Origin: Thermoanaerobaculia bacterium
Lineage (GTDB): Bacteria; Acidobacteriota; Thermoanaerobaculia; Gp7-AA8
Assembly (NCBI GenBank): GCA_036522835.1
Contig: DATDFB010000093.1
Span: 40,683-104,682, forward strand
Direction of reading: 5' to 3'
DNA length: 64,000 nt
In this document: piece by piece, positions 8,807 through 18,560 of the stretch
How positions within the stretch are numbered: the stretch's first letter is position 1
How the letters are laid out: each line of letters begins with the position of its first letter
The notes under the pieces: model-generated
What the model was told of the DNA's origin: nothing
The model's database searches: none
What the model saw: the letters and a program-made list of their open reading frames with translations, nothing else
Program-made: the position numbers and the translations under genes

Positions 8807-11575
8807 TCATGATTGCACGCGGAGGCTCGAGTGTGTGGGCGCGCCCACCCACGTGTTCCGCCCACTATTCTTCGCCCTGTAGAGTGCCTGATCGGCGAGC
8901 TCCACGACCTCCTCCCACGTTCGCGTGCCCATCGGAAATGCGGCGAAGCCGATCGACGCGGTCTTCGGCAGCGCTTGCCCATCGTCGAGGAGGAACGGAC
9001 GTTCGGCGATGGCGAGCCGCAGCCGCTCGGCGATCTCCGCCGCGTCGTCGCGGCTGCTGCCGCGCGTGATGGCCAGGAATTCTTCGCCGCCCCAGCGGAG
9101 GACGTAGTCCGAGGCGCGGAAGACCTGCTCGAGGCGCTCGCGCATCTGGCGGAGCACGGCGTCGCCCGCGGCGTGGCCGAGCTGATCGTTCACGGCCTTG
9201 AAGTGATCGATGTCGACGTGGAAGAAGACGAGATCGGTCCCTTGGCGCAGCGCCAGCGCGACGTCGTCGTCGATGCGCTGCATGAGGAACCGCCGGTTGC
9301 GCAAGCCGGTCAGCGCATCGGTGACGCTCATGTTCTCCAGCGCCGCATTCGCGGTAGCCAACTCACTGGTCCGCTCGGCGACGATCGCCTCGAGCCGCCG
9401 CGCGCGCTGCCGGAGGATTCGCGTCCTCGCGCGGATGACGGCGAGCACCGTGGCCACGAGCAGCGCGGCGACGAGCGCGCGGAACCACCACGTCTCGTAC
9501 CACGCCGGCAGCGCGCGCAACTGAAGGGCGATCACGCTCGTGCTCCACGCGCCGAGGCGGTTCGTGGCGCGGACGCGGAGCGTGTAGTTGCCGGGAGAGA
9601 GATTCGTGTACGCGGCCAGGCGATGCGCGGCGTCGGCGTCGATCCAGCCGTGGTTGTAGCCGTCGAGCGTGTACGCGTAGCGCAACGCCTCGGGCGCGGA
9701 GTAGTCGAGGGCCGCGAATTCGACGGCGATGTCGCGGTCGCCGGCGGGCAGCTCGATGCTCGCGCCGCGCGGCACGTCGCGTCCGCCGGCGCGTAGCGCG
9801 GTGATCGCCAGCGGCGGCGCGTACGTCCACTCCGCGCTGGCGCCGGGCGCGATGACGGTGACGGCGTAGGTGCCGGCGAAGAAGATGGTGCCGTCGGGCG
9901 CCGTGGCCACCGCGCGCGTCCAGAACTCGGTTTCCTGCACGCCCTCGGCCGGCCCGAAAACGCGCGCGCGGAAGGTGTCGGGATCGATGCGCAGGAGCGC
10001 GTTCGTCGCGCTCGCCCAGATCTGTCCGTCGGCGCCGAGGGCGAGGCCGGCGATGTTCTGGCGGTCTAGCCGGCGAACGCGGCCGCCGTCGAGAACGCAG
10101 AGCGGTCCGCCGAACGCCCCGGCCCAGACGCGGCCGCGGCGGTCCTCGACGATGGAGGTGATCGAGCCGGCGAGGAAGCGCGTCACGCTGTGCGTCTGCG
10201 GGTCGATGCGATTCAGCCCATTCGATGTGCCGGCCCAGATGCGTCCCGCGCGGTCGGCGTAGAGGACGGTGACGAAGTCGTTGGAGAGCTGGCCGTGGCC
10301 GTAGCGCGTGACCGCGCCGCTGCGCTCGTCGAGCGCGGCCACGCCGGCGCCGGAGCCGACCCAGAGCGTTCCGTCGCGTTCGAGAATCGCAAAGACGCGG
10401 CCGATGTCGCGATACGGGCAATCCACGGCGCCTTGCCGCAAACGGCAGAGACCCTGCACCGTGCCGATCCACAACGTGCCATCGGCGCCGCCGTGCAGCG
10501 CTTGCACGTGGCCCGGGACGGTGAACGTGGCCGGCATGCCGGTGCGCGGGTCGACCCGCACGACTTTGCCGGCGCCGCCGAGCCAGAGCGCGCCGTCGGA
10601 CGCCGCGGCAATCGCCCGCGCTCCCATGCCGCCCGCGCCGACGTCTTTGTCGAGCGCGAAGAGCTCGTGAATGCCGCGGTTGAGCGGGTTGTGCACGAGC
10701 AGGCCGCCCGGCCCGTTCGCCACCCAGATCAATCCCGAGCGGTCGCGAAAGAACTGCCAGACGTCGCCGGGCGTGAAGCCGCCGGGATTGGCGCGGTCGA
10801 CGGCCAGGCGCCGCACGCGCCGGCTCGCGTCGTCGACGATGGAGATGCCGCCGTCGTACGTCGCGACCCAGAAGACGCCGGGGGTGACTTCGATGATGCC
10901 CCACTGCTCGCCCACGATCGGAATCGCGCGCGCGCCGGCGAAGACGGCGTTGACGGAGCCGGCCCACAGCCGCCCAGCCGAATCCTCGTACAAGCTGAAA
11001 AACGTGCCGTCGCGCACGAGCCGAAACGCGGCGCCGGAGCGCGGGCGATGAAAGAGCCCGCGTACGGTCGCAACCCAGACGCCCTGCGCGCGGTCGACGA
11101 GGATGGCCTCGACGCGCGCGTCGATATCGACGTGCTGAAACGCGTCGCTCGCCGGATCGAGCAAATCAAGCCCGCGGTCGCCGCCGACCCACAGCCGCCC
11201 GTCGGGGTTTCGCGCGAGCGCAATGACGGTCGCGCTCCGCGGTTTGAAGGCGCGAAACCGATCGGTGGCCGTGTCGAGCGCCAAGAGGCCGTTCGACGGC
11301 GTGCCGATCCAGAGCGTGCCGGAAGGGTCGGCCAGCAGCGCCTGCACGGCCGGCGGAAAGTGCCGGAAGCGATGGCCGTCATAGCGCGCCAGCCCGCCCG
11401 GCGTCCCGACCCAGATGAACCCGGAGGCGTCCTGCGCCACCGCGTAGACGGCCGGATGCGGCAAGGCCTTCTGATCGATGCGCAGAAAGACGGGATCGGC
11501 AACGTCGCCCCACGGCGACGCCGCGGCAACCCGCACGAGGAGGGAGGAAAGGAGGGCGGCCCGCGCCCAATGCAT
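8807..11575 (-). CDS. sensor diguanylate cyclase: periplasmic two-component-regulator propeller (Reg_prop) repeats + Y_Y_Y, one TM helix, GGDEF domain
   Basis: Signal peptide. Repeated GxIWVGTxxGLxRYD Reg_prop units. YAYTLDGYNHGWID (Y_Y_Y). TM WWFRALVAALLVATVLAVI. RWGGEEF active-site motif. Confidence 0.85.
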   Translation of the reverse strand: MHWARAALLSSLLVRVAAASPWGDVADPVFLRIDQKALPHPAVYAVAQDASGFIWVGTPGGLARYDGHRFRHFPPAVQALLADPSGTLWIGTPSNGLLALDTATDRFRAFKPRSATVIALARNPDGRLWVGGDRGLDLLDPASDAFQHVDIDARVEAILVDRAQGVWVATVRGLFHRPRSGAAFRLVRDGTFFSLYEDSAGRLWAGSVNAVFAGARAIPIVGEQWGIIEVTPGVFWVATYDGGISIVDDASRRVRRLAVDRANPGGFTPGDVWQFFRDRSGLIWVANGPGGLLVHNPLNRGIHELFALDKDVGAGGMGARAIAAASDGALWLGGAGKVVRVDPRTGMPATFTVPGHVQALHGGADGTLWIGTVQGLCRLRQGAVDCPYRDIGRVFAILERDGTLWVGSGAGVAALDERSGAVTRYGHGQLSNDFVTVLYADRAGRIWAGTSNGLNRIDPQTHSVTRFLAGSITSIVEDRRGRVWAGAFGGPLCVLDGGRVRRLDRQNIAGLALGADGQIWASATNALLRIDPDTFRARVFGPAEGVQETEFWTRAVATAPDGTIFFAGTYAVTVIAPGASAEWTYAPPLAITALRAGGRDVPRGASIELPAGDRDIAVEFAALDYSAPEALRYAYTLDGYNHGWIDADAAHRLAAYTNLSPGNYTLRVRATNRLGAWSTSVIALQLRALPAWYETWWFRALVAALLVATVLAVIRARTRILRQRARRLEAIVAERTSELATANAALENMSVTDALTGLRNRRFLMQRIDDDVALALRQGTDLVFFHVDIDHFKAVNDQLGHAAGDAVLRQMRERLEQVFRASDYVLRWGGEEFLAITRGSSRDDAAEIAERLRLAIAERPFLLDDGQALPKTASIGFAAFPMGTRTWEEVVELADQALYRAKNSGRNTWVGAPTHSSLRVQS

Positions 11576-11589
11576 GAAAGGATGTTCTC

Positions 11590-12414
11590 ATGACAAAGCA
11601 TGGCGTGATCGGGGCGAAAGGACCCATGGGGAACGCGCTGATGGATCTTTTCCCGGGCGCGGTCGGTGTCGACAAAGGCTCGGATTTATCCGCGGTGTGG
11701 GCCTGCAATGCAATTTGGCTGGCGATCCCGCGAGACGAGGTCGACAAGGTGCTGGACGACGTGCGTCTTCAGCCCTCGCAGGTCGTGATCGACATCTGCT
11801 CGATCAAGCGCGGCGTCGCTGCGGTCGTCCGCTCCTCGGGCGCGACACACCTCTCGCTGCATCCGATGCACGGCCCCAACATCCGCCACGATCGCCAGAA
11901 GTGGTTTTTGATCGGCGGGCGGAACAACGTCGCCGGCGTCGCCGCCGAGGTGCTGGCGTTCCTGGAGGGTCTCGGCATCAGGCTCATCGAGACGACCGAG
12001 GACGAGCACGACTTCATGATGGGCATCCTCCTCGGCATGAAGGAGCTCCTGACGCTGGCGATGGACCGGATGATCGCCGCGTACGCGGAGGATCGGGGAA
12101 GGGGGGAGCCGACGATCGCGAAGCTCCTCGATTGGGCCAGTCCCGTCGCGAACGCCGTGTACGGCGCGTACGTGCATTCGGTGCTGCGGTCGAACGACGC
12201 GCTGCGAGAAGAGCTCGTGGAAGGATCGACGGGCGTGCGGGAGAGCGCGATCCGCGCGCTCGCTGCGCTCGCGGAAGAGCTGAAAGGGCTGGAGCTGGAG
12301 GCGGCGTTCCGGCGTCAACGCGCGCGCGTCGCAGGCGAGGTCTCGGCGGCGCGTCAAGACGATATCAGCGACCACATCGACGCATGGTTCGAGGACGTCC
12401 GGGCGGTGCGGTAG
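11590..12414 (+). CDS. prephenate/arogenate dehydrogenase-like NAD(P)-binding protein
   Basis: N-terminal VIGAKGPMGNAL dinucleotide-binding motif. Length and helical C-terminal half fit the TyrA family. Assignment is moderate. Confidence 0.55.
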   Translation: MTKHGVIGAKGPMGNALMDLFPGAVGVDKGSDLSAVWACNAIWLAIPRDEVDKVLDDVRLQPSQVVIDICSIKRGVAAVVRSSGATHLSLHPMHGPNIRHDRQKWFLIGGRNNVAGVAAEVLAFLEGLGIRLIETTEDEHDFMMGILLGMKELLTLAMDRMIAAYAEDRGRGEPTIAKLLDWASPVANAVYGAYVHSVLRSNDALREELVEGSTGVRESAIRALAALAEELKGLELEAAFRRQRARVAGEVSAARQDDISDHIDAWFEDVRAVR

Positions 12415-12479
12415 CGGGGTTGCAGTCGTGAATGACGAGGTCGCCCGTCATCGCCGATCGCTCCGCCGTCGTCATCGAT

Positions 12480-12850
12480 GACTCGTTTGTCGCCGCCAGT
12501 CGCACGATCGTCGTCAACGTTGTCGACGGCGATGTGAACGGTATCGACGATGTCGTGAACGTCTTCGACGGAGGTCGTGAACCGTATCGACGACAAACCT
12601 GAACGTCATCAACGGCGTTGTGAACATCTTCGATGATGTCGTGAACGTCATCGACGATCTCGTGAACGGTATCGACGGCGTTGCAAACGTCTTCGACGAT
12701 GTCGTGAACCGTATCGACGACAAACCTGAACGTCATCGACGATGTCGTGAACGGTATCGACGGCGTTGCAAACGTCATCGACCGCGATGTGAACGTCATC
12801 GCCGGGTATCATCAACGTTATGAATACGTTGTGAACGTCATCGACCGGCT
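12480..12850. repeat. imperfect 21-22 bp tandem repeat array (~16 units, consensus GTCGTGAACGTCATCGACGAT, 126-bp higher-order unit)
   Basis: Read directly. Units vary by 1-nt indels so no frame is conserved. Lower GC than flanks. Lies between convergent 3' ends of features at 12414 and 12961. Confidence 0.85.
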
Positions 12851-12960
12851 CGCCGCCGCCGTGGTCCACCTCCGGCGGGCGGGGATTCGTCTCCAGGACA
12901 CCCAGCAGAGCCCGGTGCTCGCGCCGGAAGAGGGACCGCGGGGCGCACCCTCATTGACGC

Positions 12961-14952
12961 CTACATCGCCGGCAACGCCCGTTTGCTCGGCGCGAGAATT
13001 TCGTCGAGACGGCCGGGCGTGCCGTCGACGCGCTCCAGAGACGGGACGCGCAGGCCGCCGTAGTACGGGATCGAGAATGATTTGAACTCCTCCCCGCGGC
13101 GGAACTGCAGATCGAGCGGCTGCCTGGTTTTCTCGGCGTCCAGGATGGCATCGCGCAGGACTTTCGCCGTGTACGCTTTCCCGTTGACCGAGACGATCTG
13201 CATGTCGGGCGTGATCCCCGCGTTGAACGCCGGGCTGTTCCACCAGACGTTGCCGAGGTCGTTCGATTCCCGGGCCGCGGCCTCCGCTGCGCCTCCCCGT
13301 GAGCCGCCGACCGAGAAGCCGAGCGAGGTCGAGAAATCGGCGCCCGTGAGAGGCGTTTCCGACTTGGTCAGCCACGAAGGCATCGTGTCGGTGTAGACGA
13401 GCTTGTAGCCGCCGCGGGTGATTCCGTCCGCCGGAACATCGGGATGCAGCGCATAGACGCGCTCCCGAAAGAATTTCATCCAGTCGTACGGCGCGATCCG
13501 ATTCAGCGTGTTGACGATTTCGTCGAGGTTGTATGTGTACGTGACGAAACTGCCGTTGAATGGGCTGAAGAACTCCGCGGCGAAGTCGTCGAGCGATTTC
13601 CGTTCATTGGTGAGCTCGCGCACCTTGGTGTCGGCATCCAGCCAGATCAGCTCTCCTTCCATGTAATAGTTTTCCGGAAGCTGCCAACTGACCCAGCTCA
13701 CGGGACGGCGCTGCGAGACGGTGGGCTGATTGGTGGTGTCGACCAGCGGACGCCAATCGCGGCCCGGGCTGATGGCGAATCCGGCGGCCACGCGCGCAAA
13801 CACGTACCGCGCCTGCTCCGGCGTCCGGATCCCGGAGCGCGCCGCGAGCACGCTTCCCCAGTACTGGGTCAGGCCCTCGTAAACCCAAAGCAGATCGTCG
13901 CGCATGGGGACGTTGAAATTCGGCGTCCACAGCCCGGCCGGACGGCGGAACTTGCCGTTCCACGAATGCGTGTATTCGTGCGGCAGCAGATCGCTGCGCA
14001 GGTCGCCGCGGCCCCACTCCGTGAAGTAGGTCGGACGCGAGCCGTTTTCGCTCGACCGATGGTGCTCCAAGCCGATGCCGCCGACGGTGCTGCTGAGCAG
14101 CAGTAGAAAATCGTAATGATCGTAGTGATGCGACTGAAACAGTTTCTCGGCTTCGATCGCCAGGTTCTTGTGCTTTTCGAGAGCGTCCGCGGAGACCTCG
14201 AGATCTTTCTCACTGTCGGCGAATACGTTCAGGCGAACGATGTTCGTCGCCGACGGCGAAAGGTCGACCCGCTTGAAATGAATGCCGGCATAGAGCGGCG
14301 AGTCCACCAGCGTGTTCAGCGTGGTCCGTTTGAACGTCAGCGTGGAACCGTCCTCCCTTGCGGTCTCCAGCGCGGTTGCGTACTTCCAGCCTTTCGGAAG
14401 TTGGAGGGTGACGTCGAAGGGAATGCCGCGCGAGAAGAATCCCGCGGGATAGAGGACCACTTCGTTCCATTGAAGATCGAGGATCGCGTCCGAACGCTCG
14501 ATCCGGCCTTCGGCCGCTTTCATGGGCGACAGGTAGTCGAACTGGACCGCGACGGTCCTGGCGCCCGCGCTCAGTGGAACGTGGAAGGCGTACACGTTGA
14601 TCTGATCGCGGACCCACTGCACGCGCTTTCCGTCGACGCTGGTGACGATTCCGGCGAGGCGCGAGATCGGGCCGGACGGCGAGTGGTTGCCGGGGATCCA
14701 CTGCGGATACAGCAGCACGAGCTCCTTTGCGTTGGGCGGGACGGGAATCTCCTCGCGCACGTGCGCCACGCGGTCCCTGACGTTGGTCAGGTCGACTGCG
14801 AGTCGCACCGGGCCGGCATAGGGCTGATCGACCGGAGCGGCGATCGCCGGCGGCATCGGAACCGGCTGCGGCGGCGAAGGGTTTTTGACCGTTTGTGCGG
14901 AGATCGCGAGAGACACGGCCAGAGCAGAGACGCTGAATCGGCGCAAGTTCAT
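12961..14952 (-). CDS. M61 family glycyl aminopeptidase with C-terminal PDZ domain
   Basis: HEYTHSWNGK zinc-binding HEXXH. Signal peptide. 663 aa. Confidence 0.85.
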   Translation of the reverse strand: MNLRRFSVSALAVSLAISAQTVKNPSPPQPVPMPPAIAAPVDQPYAGPVRLAVDLTNVRDRVAHVREEIPVPPNAKELVLLYPQWIPGNHSPSGPISRLAGIVTSVDGKRVQWVRDQINVYAFHVPLSAGARTVAVQFDYLSPMKAAEGRIERSDAILDLQWNEVVLYPAGFFSRGIPFDVTLQLPKGWKYATALETAREDGSTLTFKRTTLNTLVDSPLYAGIHFKRVDLSPSATNIVRLNVFADSEKDLEVSADALEKHKNLAIEAEKLFQSHHYDHYDFLLLLSSTVGGIGLEHHRSSENGSRPTYFTEWGRGDLRSDLLPHEYTHSWNGKFRRPAGLWTPNFNVPMRDDLLWVYEGLTQYWGSVLAARSGIRTPEQARYVFARVAAGFAISPGRDWRPLVDTTNQPTVSQRRPVSWVSWQLPENYYMEGELIWLDADTKVRELTNERKSLDDFAAEFFSPFNGSFVTYTYNLDEIVNTLNRIAPYDWMKFFRERVYALHPDVPADGITRGGYKLVYTDTMPSWLTKSETPLTGADFSTSLGFSVGGSRGGAAEAAARESNDLGNVWWNSPAFNAGITPDMQIVSVNGKAYTAKVLRDAILDAEKTRQPLDLQFRRGEEFKSFSIPYYGGLRVPSLERVDGTPGRLDEILAPSKRALPAM

Positions 14953-15010
14953 GACGACGGGAGTGTATGTCGATCGGATACGGCGGCCGCAACCTCGGCG
15001 GGCCGCGTGG

Positions 15011-15697
15011 TCATGCGGGAGAAATCACCACGTGGACGCGGCCGGATCGCAGCTCCAGGCGGACGGCGCTCCACTCTTCAAAATGCGCGTCCGCCTCCGT
15101 TTGATCCTCTCGGCCGAAGACCTTGGACGGCGTAGCGACACAGACCAGTCCCGCAGCGCGCGCGGCGGCAATGCCCGAAGGCGCATCCTCGAAGGCGATC
15201 GCGCATTCGTTGGGAACCCCGAGCGCCGAGACCGCCAGCCGATAGCCGGCCGGATGCGGCTTGACGTTCGGCTCGACGTCCTCGCGCGCGATCACGACGT
15301 CCGGCGCCGGAAGGCGCATCGTACGCAGCGCGATCTGGGCGCTGGACCGTCGCGCGGTGCTGACGACGCCGATCGCAACGCCGAGAGCCCGCAGCCGAGC
15401 CCAGAACGCTTCGACACCGGGAAGGGGACGTAAGTCTCGCTCGGCCAAGACGGCGAAGTGCGCCGATTTCTCGCGATGGAGGACTGCCGCCTCGTCGGAG
15501 GGCAGCATCAGGACCTCTTCGAATCGGCGCTGCCCCCGCAGACAGAAGTCGACGTAATCGTCCCAAACCGGCGCGGAGCGGCCGCGATCGGCGAGCGCGC
15601 GGCGCCACGCCTCGAAGTGCAGCGGCGCGCTGTCGCAGAGCGTGCCGTCCAGGTCGAAGAGCGCAGCGCGAAGATCCGCAATCAACTCGCCGCTCAT
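15011..15697 (-). CDS. HAD-superfamily hydrolase (beta-phosphoglucomutase-like phosphatase)
   Basis: FDLDGTLCDS motif I. ATG overlaps stop of upstream SIR2 gene (ATGA). Confidence 0.8.
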   Translation of the reverse strand: MSGELIADLRAALFDLDGTLCDSAPLHFEAWRRALADRGRSAPVWDDYVDFCLRGQRRFEEVLMLPSDEAAVLHREKSAHFAVLAERDLRPLPGVEAFWARLRALGVAIGVVSTARRSSAQIALRTMRLPAPDVVIAREDVEPNVKPHPAGYRLAVSALGVPNECAIAFEDAPSGIAAARAAGLVCVATPSKVFGREDQTEADAHFEEWSAVRLELRSGRVHVVISPA

Positions 15698-18534
15698 CCC
15701 CGTTCGGCCCAAAGCGCCTGCCACACCCGCTCATTGCGCAGTCGTTCCAGGACGCACAGGAAATCGACGAACGACCCGGCGTAGCATTTGAGGCTCGCCA
15801 GCACCGTCGCGGCGAAGAGAATCGTCTCGGGTGTTTGACGGTTTTCCAAGCTCCTCCAAAGACCGTACGAAAGAATGCCCCGAACCGTATCGCCCGCGCC
15901 GAGGGTGTGCCGTTTCAGCGCTGCAGCCACGCGAAAATCGGCCGACTCGCCGTTGCACCTCAAGTGGCCGTCTCCCGCGCCCGCGTCCGCAGGAATGGTA
16001 ATCGTTGCTTCGTTGACGATGTTCGGAACGCCGCCGCGATCGGACTCGCCCACGAAGCGGATCTCCCGGCCGGAGCGCTCCGTTCGCACGATGATGGCGA
16101 CGGGCGAAGCCTGGGCATCGCGACGCCATGACGCAATCAAGCCCAGCTCGTGCATCGTGACCACGAATCCGCCTCCCAACCGGGCGTCGGGGGCCAGCAA
16201 CGCGGCCGGTACGAGACCCGGAGTCGAGAGAATCTGCCACGCCGATCGGTGGATGTCCGTCCAGCAGGCCTGAAGCCAGCTGCCGTAGGCAATCTCCGGT
16301 CCGTGAGCAACCTTTTTCGGATCCCAGAGAGTCTTTCCGAAGCTGTTGATCCGCACCACGTACTCAGCGCCGCCGGGAGCCGCCGGCGACGCCAGCTGCT
16401 GCAGGCGGGGATCCGCGCGAAATTCGCGGAATGCGCGATCGACGGTCTCCCAATCCGGCATCGTCGGGTTGTTATTCGTGTCGAGGAAGCCGATGGACTG
16501 GAGCGCAAGCGTGCGGAGAAATGACCCGATCGACGCCGTCCAGACGGCGGGAGGCTTCGACAGACGGAGCAGTTCATCGCCGGATGATCCGGTCTCGTAG
16601 ACGACCGGCCCCTTCCAGTTCCCGACGAGCTGCGCATCGGCCAACTTGTCCGCGAAGAGCAAGTCTGCGGCTCCGGCAAAATCCAGATGCGGAGGAACCT
16701 TCAACGCGCTGACGCGCGACGCTGACAGTCCGGCCACGACAGGCTCATCGACATCGAGGATCATGCGTTGCCGTGGCTGGAGCGAGTCTTCGTCGCTCTT
16801 TTCCGCATCGAATAGGAGGACATGGCTCGTCCGTCCCGCTTCCGTACCGGCCGTCTCGCCGATGGGCCGCACGTCGATGCCCGCGGAAAGACAGAACTCT
16901 TCGACTTCGTTCCAATGGGACCAGCGCTCGACGCCGTTCGACAGGAATGCGATTCGCCCCACCGACGAAGGGCCCGCCGCCGTCGCCGCGACCATCACCG
17001 GTACGAGCCCGGAACCTCCCGGGACCTGCGAATCGACGGGCTCGAGGCTTGCGGAGACGCGCCGCCGCTCCGGGAAATCATCTGCCTTGCGCAGCGCGAT
17101 GGCGTGCCAGACGGACGCGAGTCCGGCGACGACGAGGCGCGGCGGCGTCGCCGGTGCCGGCGTGCCGGCTTTCGATCGGACGCCGCCGGATGCGAGCGGG
17201 ATTCGCGTGAGCTCGGCGGTCTGTGCGTCGAGCCACGCCTGTGCGGACGCGTGCTGGAGACTGCGGCGCCAGGGGTTGTCCAACTGCGCACGGAGGTCCA
17301 CACCGGGGTCGCGGCGGCCGCCGGGATAGCGCCACTCGTGCTTCTTGACGGCCGTCAGCTCGCCCGGAAGCCGCGCGCGACCGATTCCTCCCGGCGAAAA
17401 GCTCCACCACTCCACGCCGAGTTGCCTCAGCCGCTCCTCCTCGTGAAGGTCGGCGAGCGCATCGCGCCGGTATCGCAAGGCCACACGCCGGTTCGGGCCT
17501 CTCCACTCGTGTTTGTGGCGCTGCAGGACGGCGCCGACGTCGACGTCCACCTCGTGCAGGTCATAGCCGATGAAGAGCAGCGGCGACCGTCCCAAGACTT
17601 CGAGAAGCTCGGCGATGGCCGCGTCCTCCCCAAGAAAACGCCGGAGCACTTCCAGATACTCGGTCTGGGAAAATACGCCGGTGGTCACGGCGGATTGCTC
17701 GTCATGCTCGGGAGCCATCCGCCAATGCAAGCCGGGCACGAGTCGATCGGTCGGGACGGCGCCGGCGAATTCTTCGTCCGCGCCCAGTTTGCCCCACAGA
17801 CTGTCCGCCGCAAACGCGCGGTCGAGCTCCATTCGTTCCGTCAACCAACGCCGGCCCAGAGCGCGCTTGATCGCGTGGAGGCAGCCATGGATTTTCCAGA
17901 TTTTGACCGACGCCGCCGTACTGGCGGAGCCTCGGGTCCAGCGCGCGTTGATCCCTTCGGGCGTTGCCGTCTCGATCGCGACGGCGGGGTCGTGCACAAC
18001 GCCGTCGAGGGCTCTGGCAATGTTCTGTTCGATCGCACAATCGACGTTGGTGGTGACGACGTGAACGGGCGGTGACTTCCTCGCCAGAACCTGGATGGTC
18101 ACGACCTCGGCGATCCATTCGAGGAGCGCATTGCTGGCAATTCCGTTCGGGGGATGGAGCTCGCGGCCGAGCAGATGGAGACGAGCAAGCCGCGCCGACT
18201 CGCGCGTCAGATGCGGAAACCGGCTCACCACCTGATCGTCGAACCATTCCGCCTGCCGCGGTGCCGGCAGTTGGACGAAGCTCGACAGGGGCAGGCACGC
18301 GCGGCTTTTGGGATCGCCCGCCAGCGACCAGAGATCTTCCATGTGCTTCTGCCAGGAAGGACCAGGCTCGCCCTCGTCGAGATTCCTTCTGGGCACGGTG
18401 TTCGTCGGCACCCTGCGAATCCCATTGCCGATGAAGAGAACGAGCTCCCCTTTGGCGATGGATTCGCCGAGGTGACCCGCCATCTCGACTTTGCGCGCCT
18501 CGTCCGGATCGACCATTGCAGGTTCCAGCGGCAT
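15694..18534 (-). CDS. SIR2_2 (ThsA/DSR-type sirtuin-like) domain protein with ~550-aa uncharacterised C-terminal region
   Basis: ELVLFIGNGIR (Rossmann), VVTTNVDCAIEQ (TTNYD-like), KIWKIHGCL (HG), PLLFIGYDLHEVDVDV. ATG at 18534 preceded by GGAAAG. The upstream 74 codons overlap the nth-like gene. Confidence 0.75.
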   Translation of the reverse strand: MPLEPAMVDPDEARKVEMAGHLGESIAKGELVLFIGNGIRRVPTNTVPRRNLDEGEPGPSWQKHMEDLWSLAGDPKSRACLPLSSFVQLPAPRQAEWFDDQVVSRFPHLTRESARLARLHLLGRELHPPNGIASNALLEWIAEVVTIQVLARKSPPVHVVTTNVDCAIEQNIARALDGVVHDPAVAIETATPEGINARWTRGSASTAASVKIWKIHGCLHAIKRALGRRWLTERMELDRAFAADSLWGKLGADEEFAGAVPTDRLVPGLHWRMAPEHDEQSAVTTGVFSQTEYLEVLRRFLGEDAAIAELLEVLGRSPLLFIGYDLHEVDVDVGAVLQRHKHEWRGPNRRVALRYRRDALADLHEEERLRQLGVEWWSFSPGGIGRARLPGELTAVKKHEWRYPGGRRDPGVDLRAQLDNPWRRSLQHASAQAWLDAQTAELTRIPLASGGVRSKAGTPAPATPPRLVVAGLASVWHAIALRKADDFPERRRVSASLEPVDSQVPGGSGLVPVMVAATAAGPSSVGRIAFLSNGVERWSHWNEVEEFCLSAGIDVRPIGETAGTEAGRTSHVLLFDAEKSDEDSLQPRQRMILDVDEPVVAGLSASRVSALKVPPHLDFAGAADLLFADKLADAQLVGNWKGPVVYETGSSGDELLRLSKPPAVWTASIGSFLRTLALQSIGFLDTNNNPTMPDWETVDRAFREFRADPRLQQLASPAAPGGAEYVVRINSFGKTLWDPKKVAHGPEIAYGSWLQACWTDIHRSAWQILSTPGLVPAALLAPDARLGGGFVVTMHELGLIASWRRDAQASPVAIIVRTERSGREIRFVGESDRGGVPNIVNEATITIPADAGAGDGHLRCNGESADFRVAAALKRHTLGAGDTVRGILSYGLWRSLENRQTPETILFAATVLASLKCYAGSFVDFLCVLERLRNERVWQALWAERG

Positions 18535-18560
18535 CGCTTTCCACGCGTGCCGCAAGCAGT

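Noticed and set aside
12365-12823. Heptad-repeat small proteins (e.g. ...VDTVHDIVEDV... or ...DDVVNVIDD...) encoded by the 21-bp minisatellite
   Set aside because: Unit lengths alternate between 21 and 22 nt, so every frame on both strands is interrupted within 70 codons. GC and codon usage differ from neighbouring genes. It is treated as non-coding repeat DNA.
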